A stretch of DNA of 64,000 nt, from NCBI RefSeq assembly GCF_947568905.1, contig NC_079165.1:40734001-40798000 (forward strand). The letters run 5' to 3'. Below the pieces are notes generated by a model. It was not told the origin of the DNA, ran no database searches, and saw only the letters and a program-made list of their open reading frames with translations. How positions within the stretch are numbered: the stretch's first letter is position 1; each line of letters starts with the position of its first letter. Made by a program: the position numbers and the translations under genes. The stretch is from Ostrea edulis (lineage: Eukaryota). Positions 13,484 to 23,909 of this stretch are shown piece by piece.

Positions 13484-14650
13484 TTATGCCCCCGCCACGG
13501 GCTATATTGTTTTGCACCTATCCGTCAAACAAGTCTTATCTGCTCAATATCTAAACATCCTTTGCTTACTTGATAGTTACCAAACTTGGTGCAAACTGGA
13601 CATAATAAGATCTAAAGAAACATTTGCCTAACAGTTATCAAACTTGGAACAGTACGTGTAGTTACCTCTAAAGAGTATATGACTCCTATTGATTTTCAGG
13701 TCACAAGGTGAAAGGTCAAACGTCAAACTGGACATAGTAAACTATTGTCCGCTCAATATCTATATAACACTATACTTGACAGACATCAAATTTGGTACAC
13801 TGGTTCTACCTAAGAAGTAGATGTCCCCAATTGATTCTGGGGTCACAAGGTCAAACTGAACATAATAAGATACTGTCCACTCATTATCTTGAGAACCATT
13901 TGCTTGACAGTTACCAAACTTGGTACAGTAGTTGCCCCTACAGAATAGATGACCATTATTGATTTTTATAGATGTGAAGGGTCAAATTAGACATAGTAAG
14001 CTATTGTCAGCCCAATATCTTAAGAACGCTTTGCTTGACAGACATCAAATTTGGTACACTGGTTCTACGTAATGAGTAGATGGCTCCTATTGATTTTGAT
14101 GACAAAACTTCAAAAGTCAATGGTCAAACTATTCTGGGCATAAAATATTGTCCACTCAATATCTATAGAATCATTTAGTTGATAGTTATATGTATCAAAC
14201 GTGGTACACTAGTTGACCCCAGAGAGTAGATGACGCCTTTTGATATTCTGGATACAAGGTCAAAGGTCAAGGATCGAACTAAACATAGTAAAATACAGTC
14301 CGCTCAATACCTTGTGAATCATTCGCTCGACAGACATCAAACTTGGTTCACTGATTTCCCCTAAAAAGTAGATGTCCCCGATTAATTTTGAGGTCACAAG
14401 GTCAATTGTCAAACTGGACACAGTAATACAGTAAGAAGCAGATGGTTTCTATTGATTTTGAGGTCAAACTTTAAACTACTCTGGGCATAAGTTATCTTGC
14501 GAACCCTCTGCTTGATAGACATCAAACTTGGTACACTGGTACATGTATATCAAAAGGTGTAGATAACCATATTGATTTTTAGGTCACAATATTAATAGTC
14601 AAACTACTTTGGACATGATATATAGTACACTCAGTGTCTTGAGAACCCTT
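13484..14650. mobile_element. Helentron-type non-autonomous element (HINE) with diverged ~170-bp internal repeats
   Basis: Starts TTATGCCCCCGCCACGGGCTATA, then a CCGTC/CTGT tract, then repeated units containing gacatcaaacttggtacactgg and ggtcaaaggtca. Same architecture as the HINEs at 50170 and 53338. Confidence 0.6.
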
Positions 14651-16491
14651 TGATCGACAGGTATTTCGCAAGTTCTATGGTCGTTAAAATGATATAATTT
14701 GCAAATACAACCTATCATTTGGTCAAATGTTGTTTCATGCCATTTGTTTGACTACAGATTACCCCGTTTACCTGATCAAGAATATAGGGTTTACGGTGGG
14801 TGTGGCCGGTCAATGGGGAATGCTTACTCCTCCTATGTTATCTTACATCTGGTCTATCCAGGGGCCCATGTTTGCCTTTGTTTTAATTTTGTATTTCTTA
14901 CGATTTTGATAACTTTTAGTTATCTTCACCTTTTCATCCTTTTGTTCTACATGCTATACATGATGATGCAGGATTTATTTTTGTTACTTTATGAGTGGGA
15001 TAAGAACAGGGTAGTTAATGACGGTGCAGTTTTACACAGCTCATTTCCTCGAGAACGCAAATACTAGAGTAATTGGGAAATTTTACTGAACTAAATTGAA
15101 GACAGGGACTGGCGAAGACAGACTAATTAATTTGTGTCGACAAAGGCGAAAATAATTACATCGAATGTCTCTGGTGTCGGATGTTCACCAAAGGAAGAAA
15201 AGTTCCGCACAGTGTCTAATTTGTTTTCCAATCTGTATAAGGCACAAGGGGGCCTTTTTTTTGACAATGTTCGTTTTAACAACGTACATTTTCCGTTCTT
15301 TTTACACGCAGAAGTTAGTTATTTTCACATTTAAAGTAAGACGTATATTGGCTGAGCGTTCCCCTCATTTTATAGCAGTCGTGAATTGTAGCGGAAATGG
15401 CAGCTTCACAAGCCAGGCGTTTCCGGTCCACTCCGCCCCTCCTATGTAGGGAGCGACTCCATCCCTCCTATGTAGGGAGCGGAGTGGGTTTGCCTGGAAA
15501 ATGTAATGAAAATGGAAGACTGTGAAAGAAATGAATGCAAGTTTGAATTAATGAATTGAACCAATATAGTGAAGAACCGACACTCCACAAGCCCCCCCCC
15601 TTCCCCATTTAGAATTTTGAAATTTGGGAAAAGTACCGCTTTAGGTGGGTGTTTTTGTCAAGAATCTTCAAACAATTAAGAAATCACACACTCCTTGAAA
15701 AACGATACTATCTACGTGCCTGTGTATTGATTATATGTTGCTGTTTATAAATTAACCAAACCGTTCTGATTTATTGTTTAATCTTTAAATTGTCTAGACA
15801 ATGTGGGAATAGGAGAATGTGGAAGATGAACTGATGAACTCAATTAGCGAAGGACACCCCCTTCCCCCTTTAAAATTTTGAAACTGGAGAAAAACTACCC
15901 CTTTAGGGGAGTTTTGTCAAAAAATTTCAGACAATTAATTAAGAGGTCAACTTTTCTTTTGAGAAAAAAAACAACCCACCGTGCTATGTGCCTGTGTATT
16001 GATTAAAACTGTATCAAAATCAACCAAATCATTCTGACTTCTTGATCTAAGGGAGGGATATTTAAATGTTCTAAGGCAGGGATAATTGCTTGGAGGATGG
16101 ATGTGGAAAATAGAAGAATGTGGGGGAAATTAATGTAAGCTTGAACTGGTGAATATCATGCAGTGAAGGACTAACATACATGTATATATACGTGTACGAC
16201 TTCTACAGGGACTTTCAAAATCGTCCGATTTCGAGGGGGAGGGGGTCGGCTGTCAGAGGACGATGTTGCAGAGATTCCCTGTACACGAATATGATAAGTC
16301 ACTTTGGATTCTACATAAAATATGATAAAGACTATAATTCTACACAGTTTAAAAATGGATGGAAAGTTCAACATAATTTGGTATGTATGACAGCTTTATT
16401 CCGGGGCTGTCTCGGTTGTCTACAGAGCATGTTAATAGCTTGTTTCATCCCAACATTTGGCTACCTTATCAACTGCCAGTATGATGAACGT

Positions 16492-17260
16492 TAGGTATCC
16501 CTCCCCTAGAACATTAAATGTCCCTCCGCTAGAACATTAAGTGTCCCTCCTCATGAACATTAAGTATCTCTCCCCTAGAACATGAAGTATCCCTACCCTA
16601 AAACATTAAGTATCTCTCCCCTAGAACATTAAGCGCCCCTCCCCTAGAACATTAAGTGTCTCTACCATAGAGCATGAAGTGCCCCTCCCCTAGAACATTA
16701 AGTGTCCCTCCCCTAGAACATTAAGTATCTCTCCCCTAGAACATTAAGTGTCTCTTCCCTAGAACACTAAGTATCTCTCCCTTAGAACATTTAGTGTCCC
16801 TCCCCTAGAACATTAAGTGCCCCTCCCCTAGAACATTAAGTATCCCTCCCCTAGAACATTAAATGTCCCTCCCCTAGAACATTAAGCGCCCCTCCCCTAG
16901 AACATTAAGTGTCTCTCCCCTAGCTGCAATAATGTAGCCCTCTCTGATGGGTTTTTTTGGGGGACCTATCCCGAAAACGTCAGAATTAAAAAAAACTTGG
17001 ATAGGGCTACATTATTGCAGCTATCTCTCCCCTAGAACATTAAGTATCTCTCCCCTAGAACATTAAGTATCCCTCCCCTAGAACATTAAGTATCCCTCCC
17101 CTAGAACATTAAGTGTCCCTCCCCTAGAGCATTAAGTGCCCCTCCCCTAGAACATTAAGTGTCCCTCCCCTAAAACATTAAGTATCCCTCCCCTAGAACA
17201 TTAAGTATCCCTACCCTAGACCTCCCCTAAAACACAAAGTATCTCTCCCTTAGAATATCA
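16492..17260. repeat. 21-bp minisatellite (CCCCTAGAACATTAAGTRTCY), ~30 copies, split by a MITE
   Basis: Tandem units read directly from the sequence. Interrupted at 16921-17023. Confidence 0.95.
16921..17023. mobile_element. 103-bp MITE with perfect 21-bp TIRs and 9-bp TSD
   Basis: TAGCTGCAATAATGTAGCCCT (16921-16941) and AGGGCTACATTATTGCAGCTA (17003-17023). TCTCTCCCC at 16912-16920 and 17024-17032. Confidence 0.9.
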
Positions 17261-18696
17261 AGTAACTCTGTCATTCTCTTCTCATGTAATTATGGGCACT
17301 TAATGATCTAAGGGAGGAATATTTAATGTTCTAAGACAGGGATAATTAATATTCTAATGGAGGGATAATTAATATTCTAAGAGAGGGGTAATGAATGTTT
17401 TAAAGGAGATATAATTAATGTTGTAGGGTAACATATATGTTTTATCAGGACGCTTGCTTCGTGATCAGGAGGTACACATAGATTCAAAACTAAGAAGATA
17501 GGTAATGATTGTTCCTTCGCCAAACGCCTGACATTAAAAATGAAAGCCATGGATCTTTTGGATAAATGATAAAGAACATGCTAAATGATAAAGATGCATG
17601 AACACCATGCATGAGTATGTGAAAATTTTATCTTACTTAACCTGCAGCCGAAGATTTATCGATGAAACGTAAAAAATGATTTACAAAAATAGATAGAGAG
17701 AGAGGGGACCACGGCTTTCGTTGCAATATCTGGTTACTATACACTGGTTTTTTTTTAAAATTATTATTCTGGCAGTACGATTATACTATGACCGTAATTT
17801 ACAGGCCACTAACATTACATGTATGTGGGAAGAAGAAAGATGCAGCCAAACATCCAGCGTGTTGTTTTTTTTATATGATTGAGACTTGATAATGAGACAA
17901 TTTTCCCAGTTCGTCCACACTAGCGGTGGTAACGCAGTGATCGAAGTTGCCAATATCATTAACAATATTTCGTTCCACCCCCGCGTTACTAAAGGAATCC
18001 AATGTTTCGTGGTTGCTATAATGACAAGAGGCAGACATCCTATGGATATCTTATATTGCTGGAGATTATTCCCAGCTATTCCACTTATCCGACATTCGAC
18101 TCCTGGGTATTGATAATACCCTTATTAGCGTATAATCTATTTAGGTAATGATCGCCAAAGACAATGGAGTGCCGAAATAAAATACGACCAGATCTTTTAA
18201 AGGTTTAAACGCATGCATGGGCGATCATGTTTAATTGGTAAAATAATAATACATAGAATACATACTCTATACATGTACTAGAGTCGATAAACCCTGAACA
18301 GATATTATTTTAAGAACCTCTAGATATATTTCTCCCAAGTGTATACACTGATTTTGCGAGCAATCGACCATTGATTGGCATGCATTGTTTAAAGAGCTTT
18401 CCCAAAGTGGGCGAGGATGGTCAATATGAAGTCGCATTGACTGCTTATACGAAAAGGTTGCAAACTTCACGCTAATCTTGGCAAAACAGGATTTACTTTT
18501 GTTTCTGGCCGGAGAAAAGAGAAAAAGGTCAAACTATTATCAAGGGATTACTCGGTGTGTATTCCATAATCTTCTGAACCCAATCAATAAAGGACATAGG
18601 ATATGATGTGTATTGTGTTTTCGTACGTTAGTCTCTGATAGTATTGGACATATCCATATCGAAAATGGTAAGGCAACTTTCTCTCTCTCCATGATC

Positions 18697-18698
<2 letters not shown>

Positions 18699-18743
<45 letters not shown>

Positions 18744-18838
18744 CATATAACACGACTAAAGAAGACCCTTAACACGGTTGAAATATTTCAAAGTTTTTAA
18801 AATTGTACTCCTATAAACTCTCTCTCTCTCTCTCTCTC
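18699..18838. repeat. (TA)n and (CT)n microsatellites
   Basis: TA run at ~18699-18736 and CT run at ~18817-18838, just upstream of the Mab-21-like gene. Confidence 0.95.
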
Positions 18839-19050
18839 TATATATCCTGTTGTATATGTATAAATATGGTGTGTGTGTGTACGTGTGTGTAATAATTTTC
18901 CATGCATATGGCACCATGCATTTATTATTCATGTGTTTACGTTTCCGCATGTATATATTTAAGAATAATAACAAGTTACCCAAATGTTATTTTTTAAAGC
19001 GAAGATCGAAGACAAGCATCCCTACCAAACGTCACCGACCCCGCCGATTG

Positions 19051-21456
19051 ATGTCTGCGATGACGTCATGGATGGACGATGACAACCTTAGTTTGAGTTT
19101 TAACTCCAACACTACGCAGACGACCCGGTTTAAGGATTTTGATGGAGCATCGCTGGACAATGTTATAAAAACTGTTCTGGTGAGTACTGTATGCAGAGAC
19201 AATCGAGTGGCCCTATCTCAGCTCGAGTGGCCCTATCTCAGCTCCATTGGCCCATCTCAGCTCGAGAATCAGAGTTGTAAAAATCTTGGGAATTTTGCAT
19301 TTGTGTATCCGAGACATCATGAAATACAATAATGCGTATAATATGCTGTTAGTTGCATCAGTTATGCAAATGTTTGGTTATGAAAGTAAAAGGAATTGAT
19401 GAGCATGCATCAACTTCATGTTTACTACTGAGAGCATTTTGGCATACTTTTAGAAATTATATTGCTGCAGAGAATCGAAATCCCCATTTTATCATAGTGT
19501 CATTTGTGCTAGCCGAATGTTTCATGGTCTGATGGGGGGAATCATCGGAAACCATTAGCACGAGCTATATAAATTATGTCGACCTGATGCATTGCCTGTA
19601 ACTACATATATTACACGCCAGACCGGTGTTTTGCAGAATCAGCAACGACAAGATATATTGAACAAGAGACAGGAAGTTTTTGGCACTGCAAGATATGTTG
19701 CCGAACGCATGCTCCTTTTGACGAATGGCCTTCATTCTTTGTTCCATCGTTATATCCGGACTAAGAAGAATGGATTTGTCGACGTTCTGGACTTCCGAGC
19801 TCTTGACCCGTGTGTGTTTCAGTGCTGTGTTGCACTGAAACGCCCCATTAGGCCTCAAACATTTATGGTAAATTTAAAATTGATATAGGTTAATAAAAAT
19901 TAAAATGTGATTGAAAACAACGGTTGTATCTAACAGTTTGATTAACAGTAGTCTCCGTTTCATCACTGCATTACATACTGTTGAATATTCTGTGATAAAT
20001 CTTTCAACATTTTGCAGTTTTGTCAAAAACGACCACGAGAATATCCAAGTCATAGAATGTTACTATGTATAAACGACACGATTCCAAAAGTGGAGCGGAT
20101 CCAGGTTCAACACGAATGGGGGCACTGTGTTGATAGGCATGGCGTGATACGACCAGACTTTGTTCTGCGATGGTTTAACAAAGGTACAGTAACATGTATT
20201 TTTCATCGTTTTACCTGTCTTTTTAACAATGCAATCACAATTAAATGCTGCTACCTTGTTTATATCTTTGCCAATTTTGCTGGGGAAAAAACTATTGGTT
20301 CGGCTTTATTTTTTAAGGTCTTGAGATGACACGTGAAGCGGTCATGAGCGAAATCGTTTACATGTTCGATGAACCAGGGCCGGTTACGTTTGATCTCTGT
20401 TCCTACATTTCTCAAAAGGATGGAACTTTGTGGTTAGAAGTTACAGAACTTTTAGATGGAACACCGACAAAGGATTTCAGAGTCAATTTCATTCCCTGCA
20501 TACCTTTACAAGAAATCCCTAAGCAACTATCGCTACCCATTCCAATCCCTAACCGTAGACCTTACTTCGAAACAAATTCTGATATGCGATCAACAATCAC
20601 GAAGGCTATAGACAAAGGGGTGGAACTGTTCTTCCTAGAGGCCAGGGTGTTCAAGTGGGATCTCAAAACAAAATTCGATCCTAGCATCGCCATATCGTGG
20701 CAAGTCGGTTCCGGACCACTAGAAGACCGTGCTTACAAAATCATTTCCGGAATGAACACTGGCACACACTTTGATAACATAATTCTGATCATCGGCAAGA
20801 TGAAGCGGGAAAACCAGGAGGCATTTATATCAATATCGTATCGTATGATAATCCATGCCATTTTACATGTTCACAGGCGGTGTATGGGTCAGCTCCATAA
20901 ATGTGAAGAGTGGTTACTTGCCGTCTTAGAGTTTCTTTTGTCCCAGCTTCGGAACAGATCCGCGCCATCTTTCTTCCTGAACAAGCTTGATTTTTTAAGT
21001 GAACGCGACCGAAAAGGCACTGAAAAGACAGAAAAGGCCTTGAGAATTATTATACGCGATCTCAGGTCAAATCCAGAGGCTATGTACAGGATCGTGAGGT
21101 ACGAATCTCCGAAATCTTATGACGAAAGCGAAGACGAGGAGGAATTTGAGGATGATGAAGAAGATGCAAAAGAGGAGGAAGAGGATGAACCTCCCGAATC
21201 GTCAGACGGAAAGCGATCTTTCGAGGAAGACTGCCAATTTGAAAGTGATAATTACATTACCGACGTCACGAGGGCAGACGACTCACTGGAATCGGAATCA
21301 GATGACAGAAATTGGGCTCCAGACGATAGCAATGATGAAAGTAACTTAGTAACCAGTGATACGTTGTCCAAGGAAGACGAAATACCAGTGGCGTATGAAG
21401 AAACAGATACTTCGGAACCTTACATGGATGAGGATATATCGAAAAGGCGAGGATAA
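19051..21456 (+). CDS. Divergent Mab-21/cGAS-like (cGLR-fold) protein with degenerate catalytic residues and acidic C-terminal tail, ~580 aa
   Basis: join(19051-19179, 19559 or 19565-19867, 20018-20183, 20318-21456). GT-AG introns, phases consistent, open throughout; the exon-2 acceptor is weak. Motif similarity to Mab-21 domains by eye: GFVDVLDFRALDPCVFQCCVAL (NTase GS..EFD position), PGPVTFDL...RVNFIPCI, ISWQVGSGPLEDRAYKII, SISYRMIIHAILHV, LEFLLSQLRNRSAPSFFLNKLDFL. Confidence 0.75.
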
Positions 21457-21550
21457 GCGACATCAAATCATTTCTAGACAATAACAAATTGAACGAATAC
21501 GGAATATTATTCTGTCTGAATATGCAATGTAATTATTCCATTTTTATTGT

Positions 21551-21556
21551 AATAAA
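21551..21556 (+). terminator. Candidate polyadenylation signal of the Mab-21-like gene
   Basis: AATAAA ~95 nt after the stop, followed by a T-rich tract. Confidence 0.45.
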
Positions 21557-21792
21557 TATTTTATTTTACAATTTTCATTTTCGAACTCCCTTGAGACTTT
21601 TGCTACCAAATACGTAGTCTAGCAATTATTCTAGATTTTATAGATCTTTCGGAGTGATGCTTTTTCGGATAATCGCCACCTATAACGGAAGCCGATAAAA
21701 ATAAAAATCGTTCAGACTAGTCCGATGTCTTACTTCGTTAATGTAACACAGTCTTGTTGCCATTGCCGTTAATCATTTAGCGGGCTGATATA

Positions 21793-23094
21793 AGAGGGAT
21801 GATCAAAAAGTTCGCGAACTATAGCTAGTTCTTTTGGGGGTACATAGTCAGAAGTAGCACGAGTTACATAATAATTTACGTCGCATTTGTGACATCACAA
21901 TGTAAAAATGAAATCAATTTGTAGATGAGTTACAAAAGTGGGTGATTCAGTTGTACTTATACTGAGAACGATTATAAACTTTCACATAAAACTTACAAAA
22001 ACCTTTATGCAAATATACAATGATCTACATAAAGTTAATAGGGATAAAGGACTTGCCAAAAGTTTAATAAGTGAATGAAGCACTTGAGTAAGGGAAGAGT
22101 TATTTACATTGTAGATGATGTTCGTTCTGGGTACCCAGAGAAGATCAGTACGAAAAGTAATGTGTCTCTGGCTACACAGATTGTAATGACCGACTGACAC
22201 ATCATTATTTGAGAAAACACTGATCATCTTGACATGTCTTATAGAACTGTTTAGGAAATATTGACCAGTGACCTTGGAATGCGGCGAGTTTGAGCAAGTT
22301 GGGTTCCTCACATTTTACCAAAGCAAATGAGCATGCAAGTAAATGTTTGTCAATCTTGCGTCAATAGATACGCCCTCCCCCCCCCCCCCCCCCGCAAAAA
22401 AAAACCTCCCGAAATTTGTTCATGAATTGAACTTTAACATATGATGAAACATGGGTAAATTTCTATGAACCAGAAAGTAAACAACAAAGTTCAATTTAGA
22501 GGCATCCATCCTCTCTATCGCCATTGAAAACATTTGTAGCGAAGTCTGCTGAGAAGGTTATCATTATTTCCCTGCAACATCAACGGAATTGTTCCCCCTA
22601 AGGCTAAATCTTCAGTGACTGGAGACTCCTATGAGCGAGTTATCAAATCAGATTGATAAGAGTCATTATTTGAGAAAGCACTGATCATCTTGACATGTCT
22701 TAGAGAAAGCGCCAACATTTGATCTAAACTTTCTGCACCAGAACAACGCACCTAGCCGTAAGAGTCGGGTTGTGATGGACACAATTCACTGGGTATAGAA
22801 ATCCTAACCACACCCTTATTACAGCCCAAATTTGGCAATTTGACTTCTGGCTATTTGCACTTTTGAAAGATAACCTGTGGGAAAATAAGAGTTCCAGGTA
22901 CTGCTGTGACCAGTGCCCTATGGAGTATGTCACGTGATGGCTTGGATCACGTGTTTTGATCATAAGCAGATCAATGGCAGAAGTGCATCAATGCTGGAGG
23001 AGCTTACTTTGAAAAAGAATAAACTCGAAAACCCACTTTGATGCGTATTATATAAGCTATTCAACCAGTTCACGAACATTTTGATCACACCTCG
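21793..23094 (+). mobile_element. Full-length but decayed mariner (Tc1/mariner) transposon, ~1.3 kb
   Basis: TIRs AGAGGGATGATCAAAAAGTTCGCGAA / TTCACGAACATTTTGATCACACCTCG, flanked by TA. Remnant transposase motifs LGMRRV*ASWVPHILT, DETWVNFYEPESKQQS, HQNNAP, DFWLF and KCINAGGAYFEKE*. Confidence 0.9.
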
Positions 23095-23909
23095 TATATC
23101 TGCAGAACCCACCAGACCCAACGTTACAGAAAGCGGACTCAAAACTCCATGCGTCATGCAAGTTTTCTTACACCTCTGTTTCTTCTTTAGGAAGAGAAAT
23201 AATTGACACTACCATGACATATATTGTAAATTTTATTATCCCAAATTTAAATGTTTCTTAAAACATCAACAAAAACAAACTGGAAAAACAATTTATGCAT
23301 TTCCTCATGATAATATAGAACTCTCTGTAGTTAGCTCCCTTTACTCAAATACTGGACACCAACCAAATTTCTTCAATTTTTTTCCTGGCATTAACAACGC
23401 AAAACATACATGGTATGCATATTCTTCATGGTAAACTGGATCTCAAACTCTTGTCTCACGAAAGCTAAATGCATCTACACTGCATGTACAGTATGTACGG
23501 ATGCTTGCATTTTTATTTGAAGAAATAAAATGTAATCTTGATGGTCTTTAGAAATCTAGCATTTTTATGGAATATCTAATATGAATAATTATTGCACTTC
23601 AACCTACTCCTGAGATCTACAGTTTAATTTATCTATCCTGGTTCAGTGGTTCTCGGGGAAGATTTTAAATGATCTTAACCTGTTTCCAGTATTTCTTTCC
23701 TTAGGATGAGCCACTCTCACTCAAAGACCCCCATACCTAGTAAACCTTAAAAGAATTGTAATTTTCTTGCATTGAAAAAGTCTGCTTTGCATCGAGTGAA
23801 GTTAAATAATATAAAAACATTGATAGTGATAATTTTTTCTCTCATTTTCCCCCTCTACAACTGAAGCTTCAAATAGATACATTCAGAAGGTAATTATTTT
23901 TAAAACATT

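Noticed and set aside
17780-18480. Possible coding remnants upstream of the Mab-21-like gene
   Set aside because: There are open stretches on both strands, but no recognisable motifs or consistent splice structure.
22202-22707. 45-bp direct repeat inside the mariner (22202-22246 and 22663-22707)
   Set aside because: Real, but most simply a post-insertion rearrangement in a dead element, with no sign of function.
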